A DNA stretch of 64,000 bases, taken from Eledone cirrhosa (taxonomy: Eukaryota). Numbering within the stretch: the stretch's first letter is position 1; the number at the start of each line of letters is the position of its first letter. The stretch lies in the NCBI GenBank assembly GCA_964016885.1, contig OZ024745.1:83638001-83702000 (forward strand), written 5' to 3'. The position numbers were made by a program, and so were the translations under genes. Below the pieces are notes generated by a model. The model saw nothing but the letters and a program-made list of their open reading frames with translations, was not told where the DNA came from and ran no database searches. Shown here one piece after another: positions 37,614 to 54,663 of this stretch.

Positions 37614-38673
37614 TACAACATGTTCCACAAGAGGAGTGATGTCGATAGACTCTACCTAAGGAGATCTGAGGGTGGAAGAGGTCTTATCAGCATAGAGGAC
37701 TGTGTTCAGATGGAGAAAAACAACCTATACAAATACGTGACCTATAGTAAGGAGCCAATGCTCAGAGCTGTACTGAAGGAGGGGACAGTAGGCCAGGGGA
37801 TATCCAAGGAGGAAATAACATCAAGGAGGAAGAGCAGCCTTAAGGGAAAATCCCTTCATAGTACCTTCTTTGAGAAAACTGAATTTAGAGATCCACAGAC
37901 ATGGAACTGGTTGAGAAGAGGAGACCTCAAAAAGGCTACAGAAGGAATGCTAATGGCTGCGCAGGAGCAGGCCCTCAAAACGAAGTGGTTGAAGCACCAT
38001 ATCTACAAGGAGGAGGCTAGCCCACTGTGCAGGATCTGTGGAGAGAGAGAGGAGACTGTGGCTCACATTGTGTCCGAGTGTAAACACCTAGCCCAGACCC
38101 ACTATAAGGGCTGGAGACACGATGTGATGGGCAGGGTGATCCACTGGCACCTGTGCAAAGTAAACAATCTACCACATTCTGAGAAATGGTATGAGCATAG
38201 GCCAGAGGCGGTGATGGAGAACAGTCAGGTGAAGGTGCTGTGGGATTTTAGGATACAGACGGACAAAAAACTGGAACAGAATAGACCTGACCTGGTGGTT
38301 GTGGACAAAGAAAAAAGATCGTGCCTGATTGTGGATGTGGCCTGCCCGTTCGACACGAGAGTGCAAGAGAAGGAGAGGGAGAAAATTAACCGATACCAGG
38401 ACCTAAAGTGGGAGGTGAAAAGGATTTGGAACTGCCATGAAGTCAAAGTGATCCCGATTGTCATAGGCGCACTGGGGACTATCTCCAAAGGTTTCCAGGG
38501 ATGGTTAAAGAAAATCGGCCCCTTCACGCTTTTTGGAACGCTTCAAAAGGCATGCTTGCTTGGAACGGCAAGAACCCTCCGATACGTCCTGAATATCTGA
38601 GGCTGCAGGTAGTGGCTTGATATTCAATCCAACGGACTTTCCAGTTAACCAACATCAATGACTGAGATTCAAG

Positions 38674-38726
<53 letters not shown>
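37613..38726 (+). mobile_element. Dong-like family A, copy A5 (5'-truncated, about 1.1 kb)
   Basis: RLE C-terminus and 3' UTR between (AAT)n tracts. Confidence 0.9.
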
Positions 38727-39965
<1,239 letters not shown>

Positions 39966-39970
<5 letters not shown>

Positions 39971-42900
39971 CGCACGTGGTGGCAGAAGGTCATGAAATCG
40001 CTACCTTAAGTTTTTGATTTTTAACATATTTAAATCAATTGTGAAATAACAATTCTTAGTACAAATGATGCATAAAGCACCGAATCAAGCATCATAAAAG
40101 TTCGGATCCATAATATATTGCTATATTGCTCAAATATTCAATTTTGTATTATACATTTTATGTTCAAAAAAGAAAATGGTTATAAATGGAAGAAAACCCC
40201 CTCTGTCTACACTATATAGAACAGCCAAATAACAGCAATTTCATCAACATCAGAAACTAGATACACCACCTACCTCATCACCCCGCTGTGTACACTAAAT
40301 AAAACAGCCTGATAACGGCAACTTCACCACCGGCACCACCAATCCCAGCATCATAATAATAATTACTATTATTATTGTCTCAAGTTTTAACAAAATGTTT
40401 AATTCCAATATTAAGAGAATATGTCAACACATATATTAAACAAACGCGACACAAACGCATCGATACTACTGTCTATTCAACAAAACTCAGTAACGTCAAC
40501 GCCACAGCCGCCACCACTCCATCCATCATTACTACCACTATCCCATCACCGCCGCCACAACTCCTTCATTGCTACCACCAATATTCCCCATTACCTTCTG
40601 TTAACTTAAGAAAGGGGAAGGTGGCGGTATCACTAGACAAGGGAGAGGCTAGCAAAAGATATAAATAGATTGACTTAGTGACCCGGTCACCGGCCAAACG
40701 TCAACAACTATGGCACTGCTGGCTCCCCCCTTCCCCACCAACAATATAAAAAGCCCCAGCACCACCACCGACATAACCAACAACAATAACAGGCAACTTC
40801 AGCAAAAAGTATATTATATTATTGTAATGCACTGGGTAATTGCTGGCCTTCTGCCTGGAGTGGAGACAATTGTTAATAATTTCATTCTTATGCCACGCAA
40901 TGCTCACATTAAGGAACCTCTCATGATAATAACAATTTAAAAAAACAACAAAAAAGAAAACCCCGTGACCAAGAAATACCGGGATGGCGGCCGGCCGGGA
41001 ATAGCCGTGTCTCTGAGGAGAACGACCCCTCTAGTCTTGGTTGACACTCGTTCTAGAAGTGGTAACACGAAATGATTACCCCTTGGCGGATAAGAATAAA
41101 ACGCGACAAAATAAAGTAAATGTCTAATGATAAAATCTCATATCGGATCGGCCGTCACCCGGGTCAAAAAGGGCCGCGTCCCTCAGAGAGGAACCAGACT
41201 GGGGTCGAAAAATCAGCTAATGGTTCAAACCTTCCCATCACTTCGGAGCTGGAGACCTCCCATAACCGGAATACTCCTACTGTTGGCCCTCCATGCTCAC
41301 CACCAAGAAATCCAAAGAAAAAGAGAGAAAAATGGTTAAGGGAAGATAATAAAGAAGTCCTTGAGGCTTTCTACACTGCCATGTACTACCCATCTAATAC
41401 AGAACAGACATATATCAACTGGAAAAAGAAACATCCCGAAAACAGAGGCTATATTGACAGTAACAAACTAGCCAATATACGAAGAAATATTGTAAAAAAA
41501 ACGTTAGTAACTGATATAGAAATTGATCAGATCAAGCTATTAGCACAAAGTCAGCGAAGGGAAAATGAAACATGTGTCAGTGAAAACGAGGTGAATTGTA
41601 ACACTTCGAATCCCAGGGTTGGGGCGGAATCACTGACAACAGAACAAATTAAAGAAAGGATCGAAAAAGTGGAGGGAGTGCATGCTCAAGATTAAACTCC
41701 AAAGGAAAACAATGAGATCGTAAATGATAAAGAAATGAATGAGAATGAATTTGCCAACTTGAAGGATGAAATTATGATCGAATGGATGAAAATCAAAGAA
41801 TCTGACATGGGGGAACGAGACACCCTCCCTAAGATCCAGAACTCCAAACAGAACCAAAAGATAATACACAAGACTAACATAATTATCAAAAACATTATCA
41901 TCACAAACAAACTAAACATTACTGATTTAAATCATCTCTATTATGCATCGGCTAAAGTCACCACTCACTTATGTGGAGTGAAGATGAAAAAACAAGGAAT
42001 TCCCACAAGAAATCTACTTGGCAAGAGAACATCATATAAACCTTCTCCGATCTGACATAGAAATTTTAAAAAACTATAAAGTAGGTAAACATGTTAAACA
42101 AACTAAACTTAGAAAATTGGAAAGAAAGTACAGTATAAAACCAACAAGTGACATAGGTATGCTGATAGAAATAATCAAGCAAAAAGTGTCGGCCAAAGCT
42201 GCTCGTATAAGGCGCTTTGAAAAACGATCTATGGACAGACAGACAAATGAAAGATACAGCTCACCTTGAGGAACAAATATGGGAAAATATAACAGTTGAA
42301 CAGTTGCGTTTGGCTCTGAGAAAAACCAGCAAATGGAAATCCCCAGGAAAAGACAAAATACAAAATGTTTGGATAAATGCCTTCACAGAGTCTCATGAGC
42401 TGTTATCCCAACTTTACAATGAAATAGTTAAGTAGCCAGAAAAGATACCATCATGGCTAGTTAACGGCATTACATTCCTGCTTCCGAAGAATGATGAGAC
42501 AAACAATCCCCAAAATTACAGACCGATAACTTGCTTGACCACAATGTATAAAATGTTAACATCAGTCCTAACTGAATATACATATGACCAACTGATAACA
42601 AATGATCTATTTCCCAATGAGCAGAAAGGATGTAAACGAGGCTCATATGGCTGTAAGGATCAGCTTTTGTTTAACAAAATGATACTGGAAGATTGTCATA
42701 ATAGACACAAAAATCTATCAATTGCTTGGATAGATTATAAAAAAGCATTCGATAGTTTGCCACACAGTTGGATTGAATAAATGTTTAGAGATTTTCAAAA
42801 TATCTCCGTTGTCAGGAGGTTCCTGTTATTCAGTATGAAGACATGGAAAATGACACTCCTTTTGAATAGTTAAAAAAAAATAACTGGAAGCTGGAGAAGT

Positions 42901-43060
42901 TAATATTAATTGTGGAATTATAAGGAAGGAATGTTACCGCAGAGCAATCTTAAGAACGGAATTGAATGCAAGGAATAGGATCGCTGCCATAAACACGCTT
43001 GCCATACCAGTAGTAACCTACTGGTCAAGCACATAAATCCGCAGGCTCGATAAAAAAATT
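39966..43060 (+). mobile_element. Dong-like family B, copy B4 (leader + 5' half, internal deletions)
   Basis: Leader, ORF start at 41120, deletions near 42230 and 42920, no 3' end. Confidence 0.88.
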
Positions 43061-46000
43061 TTAAGTTTTTATCTAATTATTTGTTTATTTATTTATATTC
43101 GTCTACAGCGTGATAGTGCCACGCTAAAATCACCGGGAGTGATCAAATCACTTGGGGTTATGAAATCATCGGTGGTTATGTAACCATACATTCATCAATC
43201 CTCGATATGAGTGTTTAAATGTCGATCCTAAACAGTTCGAATAACGGTGACTGGAACGTTATGTGACAGACTCTCACACAGCAGGTGCTCCCTGGCCCAG
43301 CAGCAGGGATCTGCCTGTCATCCAAATACTGCTGGTGTTGGAGGAAGAAGATGGAAAGGGACCAGAACCAACTGGACGAAAGAATTGAATATAACTGTTA
43401 TGGAATGTTACCTGAAGAGTAACCCCAAGGAAAACGGCTCTAGGAAACGGATGCATAACATCTGGAACGAGATTGGTCTATTTAAATTAGATGAACAAAA
43501 ATTGGCCGGGCATGCTCGGGTAATAAGAACTAATGGATGGATAAGCGAGCTGGAACTGGAGGAACTGAGCAGAGAAATGGAGAGTGGAGTATGCCAGGCA
43601 AACGAACCAGTTGGAAATGAAGGTGAAGAGATTGAGAGAAAGGAGGAACCATCCGAAGCAGACAATGGTCTGAATGCTGAAATAAATAATACCTGGAACA
43701 AAGATACGGCCATTGAGGAAATAAATGCTGACGGGCTAGGACAAGATTTGGTTGATATCCTAAACTTAGTGGTAGATGATAGTGGGACACCTATGAACCT
43801 AAGATTGTGGACAGGAAAAAGTTCAAAGAAACAACAGCTAAGGTAAACAAGGTCATCCCATACCTTGAGGCTAGGAACCTTCACCAATGCAACACCAAAT
43901 ACGGAGAGGTTATTACTTGACATAAAAACGAGAGGAAACAAGATAAAAAAAGATCAGAAACTTGGTGGAAGAAACGACTGAATGGTCAAATCAGGGAAAT
44001 GAGAAATGACATTGGAAAGCTTGAGTCCCTACTGAATGGGACATTACAAAACATAGACACTAAAAATAGACTGGAAATAAAGTACAAAACTAGCAGGAAA
44101 TAACTAAATATTATCATAGAGGAACTGAAGCAACGCATTGTAGCAACGAGTGCAAAGATCATGCGATATGAGAGCAGAGTCAGTCAGTATAGGCAGAACG
44201 GCATGTTTGACAACAACCAGAAGATGTTGTTTGGACAGCTTGAAGGGAAAGAAAGAGGCAACGACTTGATCCCTGAGGCGGAACAGACTAAGACATTCTG
44301 GAGAGGAATATGGGAGCAGGATGTTGAACATAATGATCAGGCAGTGTGGACAGAGACAGTACAAAAGGAGATAAGTGAACAGACACACCAACAAACTTAT
44401 TTGAGTATCCCAGTTGAAACTCTTAAAGGGCAGGTTAAAAAACTAACCGACTGGAAATCACCAGGCCCAGATGGTGTGCAGGGTTATTGGATTAAAACTA
44501 TAACATCCCTCCACCCGAAACTGACAACCATGTTCAATGACTGCTTGATATCAGGTGAGGTACCAGAGTGGTTGACAAAAGGTACCACAGTTCTGGTAAT
44601 CAAATACCGAAAAAAGGGTAATGATGTTACCAACTATAGGTCTATCACTTGTCTGTCCGTAATGTGGAAACTGTTAACAAGCATTGTGTCTGAGGAAATC
44701 TACAATCACCTCCACATAAACAACTTGTTACCGGACGAACAGAAAGGATGCCGAAAGGAGTCCCGTGGTACGAAAGACCAGATACTTATTGATAAGATGG
44801 TAATGATGAATTAGAAGAGGAGGCACACTGGTCTTGCCATGGGATGGATAGCTTACAAAAAGGGATTCGACATGGTACCTCATTCTTGGATAACCAAAAG
44901 CCTAGATATCTTCAAGGTGGCAGATAACATCAGACAGTTGTTGAGCAAAAGTATGAAGTTCTGGAAAACAGAGTTAACATCGGGTGGAGAATCCTTCGGA
45001 GGCGTGAAGATCAAGAGAGGTATCTTCCAGGGAGATAGATCGTTCCCTCTGTTGTTTGTCCTTGCCCTGACGCCCCTGACCAGTGTACTGCGAAAAGTGA
45101 GAGCAGGATACAAGTTGGGAAAACGAGAGCTTACCATCAATCACCTCCTCTTCATTGACGATATTAAGCTCTTCGGGAAGTGTGAGAAGGATTTAGATGT
45201 GCTTGTTGACACTGTCCGCATTTTCAGCAATAATGTAATTTGGTATTAGTAAGTGTGGAGTCCTAGTGATGAAGTGGGGTAAATTGAGCAGAAGCAACGG
45301 AATCCAGGTACCAACAGGTGAGATGATAAAGGAAATTGACACTGAAGAAGGATACAAATATTTAGGTGTTCTGGAGGCAGATGACATCATGTACAAAGAA
45401 ATGAAGGAATTGATAAGGTATTAAAATGACATTTGAAAAGGAGGAATGCCATAAGTGCAGTAAATTCCTGAGCTGTGTCTATTATTAGGTACAGTGCGGG
45501 AATTCTGAAATGGAATATTTCTGAACAAAAAGAAATGGATAGGAAGACTAGGAAGCTATTGACTATCTACAATATGTTCCACAAGAGGACTGTTGTCGAT
45601 ATACTCTACTTAAGGAAATCTGAAGGTGGAAGAGGTCTTATCAGCATAGAAGAGTGTGTTCAGATGAAGAAAATCAACCTACACAAATACGTGACTGACC
45701 GTAGGGAGCGAATGCTCAGAATTGTACTGACGGATAGGACAATAGACCAGGGGATGTCCAAGGAGGAAATAATAACAAGGAGGAAGAGCAACCTTCATGA
45801 AAATTCCCTTCATAGTACCTTCTTTGAGAAAACTGAATTCAGAGATCCACAGACATGGAACTGGTTGAAAAGAGGAGACCTTAAAAAGGCTACAGAAGGA
45901 ATGCTAATGGCTGCACAAGAGCAGGCCCTCAAAACGAAGTGGTTGAAGCACCATATTTACAAGGAGGAGGCTAGCCCACTGTGTAGGATATGTTGAGAGA

Positions 46001-46645
46001 GAGAGAGGAGACTGTGGCTCACATTGTATCCGAGTGTAAAGACCTAGCCCAGACTCACTATAAAGGCTGGAGACATGATGTGATGGGCAGGGTGAACCAC
46101 TGGCACCTATGCAAAGTAAACAATTTACCACATTCTGAGAAGTGGTATGAGCATAAGCCAGAGTCGGTGATAGAAAACGATCAGGTGGAGGTGCTGTGGG
46201 ATTTTAGGATACAGACGGATAAGAAACTGGAACACAATAGACCTGACCTGGTGGTTTTGGACAAGGAAAAAAGATCGTGCCTGATTGTGGATGTGGCCTG
46301 CCCATTCGACACGAGAGTGCAAGAGAAGGAGAGGGAGAAAATTAACCGATACCAGGACTTAAAGAGGGAGGTAAAAAGGATTTGGAACTGCCATGAAGTC
46401 AAATTGGTCCTGATTGTCATAGGCGCACTAGGTACTATCTCAAAAGGTTTCCAGGGATGGTAAAAGAAAATTGGCCCCGCCCCGATTTTTGGAACACTTC
46501 AAAAGACTTGCTTGCTGGGAACAGCAAGAACCCTCCGATACGTCCTGAATATATGAGGCTCCAGGTAGTGGCTTGATATTCATTTCAACAAACTTTCCAG
46601 TTAACTAACATCAATGACTGAGGCTCAAAGAACAATAATAATAAT

Positions 46646-46647
<2 letters not shown>
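43061..46647 (+). mobile_element. Dong-like family A, copy A7 (old, degraded)
   Basis: Fragments 43247-46555 homologous to A2/A4; short (AAT)n tail. Confidence 0.9.
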
Positions 46648-47884
<1,237 letters not shown>

Positions 47885-47885
<1 letters not shown>

Positions 47886-47952
47886 TCAGAGTGTTTGAAA
47901 CCATTTATCGTTGTTAATAAAAACAACAATAAATGGTTTCAAATACTCTGAT
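47885..47952. repeat. Near-perfect hairpin (about 31-bp arms)
   Basis: ATCAGAGTGTTTGAAACCATTTATCGTTGTT / AACAACAATAAATGGTTTCAAATACTCTGAT. Confidence 0.85.
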
Positions 47953-48097
47953 AATATCTGAAACATCTGATTTATGATGCTTTGAGTGATCATAAAAAAG
48001 TTGTTCTGTGTTTTGTGGCTAGAGTGTGCTGTCTGTGTTTTATTTTTATATTTAGAAAAAAATAATACCAAGATGATTATTTTGGTGTTGTAAAAAT

Positions 48098-48203
<106 letters not shown>

Positions 48204-48209
48204 CTATAA

Positions 48210-49113
48210 TGTATGTCCATAGGATCATTTGATAATATATATACACCATTTCCTCTCCCAATTAGCATAATTAACCACACAAAAAATCAATTAGACCAGG
48301 CTATAAGATTAAAAGGCACCTATGAAGAAATAGTAGGTAAATAAACTACAGCAATCTCTTCGCGACCAAACGTCATAGAATATTTACCCAACATTTCAAC
48401 AGCACGTGGAAATCGATTAAATATACCGTCAACCATACACAATTAGGTATAAATTTAAAGTTAGAAGAAAAAGATGCATATACACATACAGGATCACGGT
48501 TCTACCCTAGGGTTTCGTTCGCTTTCGGAAATATCCTATTAAGGATAAAATCTCGAACTTCGAACTCGTCTGGAAACAAATTCATTTGGACAAAGGATTT
48601 TCTTAAGTGATCTCCGTCAGAAACGAATTCAAAATGGCTAAGATCTGTGACGTGGCAGTGGTCAAGTCAGAAAGAATGTGATTGGTTGCTTTTACGGCAA
48701 GTGGGCTGGTTGCTAGAAAGCGCAGCCCAATATTGCCCAAATTGTATCTCAACATTATGGGAGATTATTAAATATAAAGATTTACATATACACAGATATA
48801 TATGTTATTAAATATAAAGATTTACATATACACAGATATATATGCTTTGGCAACCATCACGATGTGGCTCAATGATGAATTAATAAATTAAATAATCAGA
48901 GCAATATACTATAAAGTATGTCCATAGAATCATTTGATAATATATATACACCATTTCCTCTCCCAATTAGCATAATTAACCACACAAAAAATCAATTAGA
49001 CCAGGCTATAAGATTAAAAGGCACCTATGAAGAAATAGTAGTTAAATAAACTACAGTAATCTCTTCGCGACAAACCGTCATAGAATATTTCACTCAACAT
49101 TTCAACAGCACGT
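48210..49113 (-). mobile_element. Non-coding hammerhead-bearing unit with about 200-bp direct repeats (non-autonomous PLE or retrozyme-like)
   Basis: Repeats at about 48210-48406 and 48917-49113, with a hammerhead between them. Confidence 0.6.
48498..48577 (-). ncRNA. Type I hammerhead ribozyme motif (U4A variant, long stem II)
   Basis: ttc CAGACGA gttcg...cgaac GAAAC cctagg GTA gaa. Confidence 0.65.
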
Positions 49114-49130
49114 AGAATATATATCATGGA

Positions 49131-49245
<115 letters not shown>

Positions 49246-49270
49246 TGTAATAAACAACACAAGATAATTA

Positions 49271-49331
49271 TTTCATTTAGCAGCGGTTTCATGAAAGCAA
49301 AATAAATTTGCTTTCAGTCATCAGAATGAAA
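49271..49331 (-). ncRNA. Type I minimal hammerhead motif (decayed cleavage site)
   Basis: tttcatt CTGATGA c tgaaagcaaa-tttat-tttgctttca t GAAAC cgctg CTA aatgaaa. Confidence 0.7.
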
Positions 49332-49716
49332 AAATCTTGGTGTATTTATTGACAGTGGATTTTAAAAACAAAAATATAATCTATATGAAAGTGAGGCTAG
49401 AAAATGAAGAAGGAAAGGAGACAGAATAAATATAAAAGTAGATAAACACACATGCACACGCACACACACATATACATAGAAACATATATATATATATATA
49501 CACATATATACATATATATACATATATATACACATATATATATACACACACACATATATATACACATACACACATACATATATATATACATACATACATA
49601 TATACATACATATCCATACAAACACATACACACAAATACACAAACACACACACATGCATATATATATATAGAGAGAGAGAATTCACAAGAATCAAAGCTA
49701 TGTTCAAAGCATTTAT

Positions 49717-49765
49717 TCACTTACAATTGTTTCATTCAAACCTAGGCTTGGAGTCTTCGGAACAT
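49717..49765 (-). ncRNA. Hammerhead motif in the 3' pLTR
   Basis: CCGAAGA ctccaagc-ctag-gtttgaa t GAAAC aatt GTA. Confidence 0.7.
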
Positions 49766-51249
49766 TTTTCAATGTTTGTACATATAATTGACCTCCTATC
49801 AAACGCAAGTGACATACAGATGCATATATATATTGAGGTACAGTGGAGTGACATATATTATACTATACTATATTTGTACAGCAATTCAAATTAAAAATCA
49901 AAATTAAAATTAAAATTAAAATACATTCGGCAGATAACACAGATAATTCAAGAGGATAGTTTGATAGTCAGATCTAGTAGGTAGTATATGCGTTAGTTAC
50001 ACATGGAGCATGCAATTGTGTCATCTATATACGATTATTGTGTGGCAAGGTGTTACATGTAATGCAAGCACTTTAAGCGGCTAAGCAAGAGTATTATGGT
50101 GGTTATAGTGGTAGGGTATTTTTTGTATAGATCAAAAAAGTATGTGTGCAGCAAAAGCGAAAGAAAAAGAAAAAAAAGTTGTAGTGTTCGCATCCACCAC
50201 CATTTTCACATTCGGAAAAAGGAAGTTATAGTTTTTACATCCATCACATGAGTTACGATGATTCCGTATTGAATGTTTGATGCATTAAATTATTTTAGCG
50301 TATTGAGGCTCAGTGTTATTTAATCCATATTTATAGTACAGGTTCTTTCTGCTGCGAGAATTTACAGTGGTTTATTATCCGGAAGTAGGTGTGTAACTAA
50401 GGGGAGTTAATGCGTAAGGGGAGGTAACTAGCTGATTCCCATAACTAAATTCATTGTTTTAACATACATTATATGGTGCCTCAATTGAGTCCCTTATATA
50501 AAATGTTATATATTTATATCTAATTTTCAATTTTAAATACAGTCTACTCTATCATAATGTATTAAAGGTATCTATAGGAAGTTGATTACTCTTTATTATA
50601 TAGTGCTATAATTGAATTTTCCATAGAAAGTGCCATATATTTATATCAAAGTTCACTGTAAATACAGTCTACTCTCAAAAGGACCTATTAGAATTGTGTC
50701 TACATAACCCCTGGTAAGTTATGGAGCAGCGTATGGCTGTTTGCATGAGAAAACCAAATACATCTCTGGGGTAGACAAATACATCCTTCATTTACAATGT
50801 CATTAATCTATCCATCAAGTTATACATGCATATATAATTCATATATAATTCATTGCACCACCCTACATATAAGTTAGACAGATCCCTTATGTTAATAAAT
50901 TAATCATATATATATCTAATGTTATTACTCCATACATTTAATTACAATTGCATATATAATTCACTGCCGTATCTAGTATTTAAAGTTTATATAGACTGTA
51001 TTAAATTTTTATCACTATATAATTATAAGTAATTGAAAGTAATTATATTAGAAGTTGGTGTTTATGGGGATATTTATAGGGTATAAAGTTATAGATAGAT
51101 AGAATGATTTGTGTCGAAGGAAGGCTGGATCAAAGAGTGTGGTGTAGTGGTGTAAGGCATGCCCTTGAGGTGTGGTGTTAGAAGCGGTGATGGGTTCAAA
51201 TCTGACATTGTTATATATTGGGTTTAAAGTTTGGGAAGGAGTGCCGGAA

Positions 51250-53420
51250 GCGGTGCTGGCACGACACAAACACTCCGATTTTTTATTAAGGAGGTTAAGG
51301 TTCGAGAAGATTATAGTATGGGTCTCTAGTAGACAGAGGTTATAGAATTTATTAGGTGGTCTGTACGATGCCGCCTTACCTATCACTTCCCATTGAAGTG
51401 TATGTGATCTATTTCTAGTTTTCAGTTAGTGTATGTAGCTAGGTAGTGAAGTGGAGTTGGCTGGCCTGTGTTTTTTTGAAAGAATGGAGATGTGAATTGT
51501 ATCTGCTTTTGAAGCAGTTCGAAGTAGAGCCTATATAGGTTTCAGAAGAGTTGCTAGTTCTGACCGTGCATGAGTAGATGATGTCCTTGACTAAGCAGTT
51601 TTTATCTAAAGGGCAGGTTCTATTAGATCTACAGTTACAATTATTTTGGATGTTAACCTGCCGGTTATTATGTTGTGTAGAAGTCTGGTTGCTAGGTATT
51701 TCATTATGGCTATGGGGGTCGTCGCTCCCAATGTTATTGATTTCATTAGTGTTATTACTATTATTACGATTGATATCAGGGTTTGCAGATATTACGTTGT
51801 TTTGAAAGTTTACCCCTGCTATGTTTTAGTTTGTTGGAAGTAAGTATTAATCTTTCTTTTATTGCTACTAGCTATGTGGTATGCTATGTTAGGCGTGGTA
51901 GAGTAGGATATTTTAATGGTGTTTTTATTTATAAGACTATGGTACTTGTGGCCAGATGGGAAGTTTTTATCCAGGAGTGAGAAGAAAGCTTTAGGTAGGG
52001 TGGTAGAGACGTTTAGATTGAAAAATGTATTAGTTATTATTCTATGTTTGTTTTTTATATCTGCTGAGGTGTTTCCGTTTATGGTATTTTGGTGTCTTCT
52101 CTGGTGTGAGTTACGTTTGTTGCTACCCTTCGTATTAGTGTGTGTGTGTGGTTATTACTCTTATTACTATTTTTCCTCATGGAAATATTGTGAGAAATAA
52201 TGTTGTAACTATGTGTTTTTATAGGTAGGAACTCGATCTCATTATTATGGCCTGATCTAGCTAATGCCTGGTTATAGTATTGTGAGTTTTTGCTAAATAT
52301 GGTTTCTTCATAAGATAGATTAGAGATTCTGTTGGATATTCCTTTAGAGATAGAGTTTAGTATTGATCTAGGGTGGTTAGACTTGGTATCTACGTAAATT
52401 AGATTTTCGTTAGGTTTATGGTATGGTGTGTATATTTTAGAGTCTAGGTAAAGGGTGGCATCAAGGAAGTTAACGTTTTTAGTGTTTTTGTCTATGGTGA
52501 TACTTAGGTTATAGTTTTTGAAAGTCTTATGCAATAGTTTCCTAGTTCTTTCTATATTAAATTGTTTATAGTCTATAAGGAGTAGTGCATCATCACGGTA
52601 CAAACCACCGTTGAGGTATGATAAGTCCTTATGAATTTCGTTTAGTAGGTATAGGCCCACCAAATCAGTGACCTGCGCCGAGTCACTAGATCCCATGTTT
52701 ATGTCAAAGTTGTTATGCGTATCCTTGCGGGTCCATAACTGATCTTCAACAGTGATTACGGTTTTACAGGCCGCAAGTATGACATCAATATGGGGTCTAG
52801 TCAGGTAACTATTGTTCATGGCCATAATTACTGCCTTATTTAATAGGATAGGGGAAATAGAGGTGTAGTATGAATTGATATCAAACTGAATAAATTTTTT
52901 ATTTTTGTTTTCCTTGATATCCTTAAACCATTCAATATCTTCACCCGTATTTCCCCACTGTTTAAGGTATATTTTGTGTTTAATCTGTGGGATGAGTTTA
53001 TCTGTGGGATGATTTTATCAGACTTTGAAGGGCAGATTAGTCTAATCGAAGGGTTACTAATGAAATCCTCCTTATGGTCCTTCAGAGAGAATCTAGGGGG
53101 GTTCGGGGTGTATGGTTGTGTATGTCTCTGAAGTCCCAGTTTGGACACTATATTACGGCCTTCCAAATTAATATCTTCTAGGTTTTTCATAGTAGTAGTT
53201 TTCTTGTAGCTCTTGTGAGATTCATTATATATAATCTTTCTATATGTATCATAATCTAGGCTGTATATGTTATTAGTTTTGTCCAAATGCACAATAATTT
53301 TACTACTTGTTTTGAATCCATTAATAGAGGAGTTAAGTTTATTTAAGAAGGTGTTGTTTCTATTACGATGCTTTTAGTATTTAATGTTCTTAACTAGTTT
53401 TATTAGGTCATTTTCAAAGG
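51250..53420 (-). pseudogene. PLE RT-GIY-YIG ORF, degraded
   Basis: LKDHK..IRLICP, FDINMGSSDSAQVTDLVG, GLYRDD, FLD, PYHKPN; manual translation CNCRSNRTCPLDKNCLVKDIIYSC..ETYIGSTS. Confidence 0.88.
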
Positions 53421-53826
53421 AGTTTAGTAGTGTGTTATGAGGGGGGCGGGGGGCTTCTAAAAGTTTTGAAGACGTGGATGCGAAAACTATAACTTTTCTT
53501 TTCTTTTTCTGCACACCTACTTATTTGATCTATACAAAAAATATCCTACCACTACAACCACCATAATACTCTTGCTTACCAGCTTAAAGTGCTTGCATTA
53601 CATGTACCACCTTGCTACGCAATAATCCTATATAAATGAGACACACTTGCATGCTTCATCTGTAACTAACGCATATACTACCTACTAGATCTGTATATCA
53701 AACTATCCTCTTGCATTATCTGTGTTATCTGCCGAATGTATTTTAATTTTAATTTTAATTTTGATTTTGAATTTGAATTGCTGTACAAATATAGTATAGT
53801 ATAATATATGTCACTCCACTGTACAT

Positions 53827-53901
<75 letters not shown>

Positions 53902-53978
53902 TATATATATATATATATATGTCTCTGTATGTCTCTTGCGTTTGATAGGAGGTCAATTATATGTACAAACATTGAAAA

Positions 53979-54027
53979 ATGCTCCGAAGACTCCAAGCCT
54001 AGGTTTGGATGAAACAATTGTAAGTGA
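53979..54027 (+). ncRNA. Hammerhead motif in the inverted pLTR
   Basis: gct CCGAAGA c tccaagc-ctag-gtttgga t GAAAC aatt GTA agt, followed by AATAAA. Confidence 0.72.
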
Positions 54028-54528
54028 ATAAATGGTTTGAACATAGCTTTGATTCTTGTGAATTCTATATAACTGCTCTGTAGAACAACTGATGTTATTA
54101 CATTGAGCTATTTATCTTACTGGTAATAAGGTAGTAATAAATTACTGACCTTCCCTGTTTATGGTTTAAAATATACATAACTATAAATAGTATCCTTAAT
54201 ATTATATATATATACATATACACACACATTTAATCATACATATATACACACATACATATACACACATACATACACACATATATACACGCATACATACGCA
54301 CACATATATAGATATATGTACACACACCTACATACGCGCACACAATTAATTATGAGAAAAATAATAATAAAAAGTAAATAAAAATAAAAATAAAAATTAT
54401 TATAAAGTTGTCAGCGATACAAGAAAGGACACAAATAAATACACACACGTGGTAAACAATACACACATTTACACCTACACATACATACATATAAATATAT
54501 ACATACACACACACACATATACACACAC

Positions 54529-54577
<49 letters not shown>

Positions 54578-54663
54578 CATATATATGTACACATATATAC
54601 ACACAAATAATATATATACACACACACACTTACATACATACACACACATATATATATATATAT

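Larger units (their letters stand above)
49678..54066 (-). mobile_element. Penelope-like element (RT + C-terminal GIY-YIG) with inverted pLTR
   Basis: RT fragments 52079-53292; GIY-YIG at about 51250-51640; 49678-50197 is an inverted repeat of 53475-54066. Confidence 0.88.

Noticed and set aside
47943-47975. CTGATAA..GAAAC hammerhead-like string
   Set aside because: No stem II and no valid cleavage triplet
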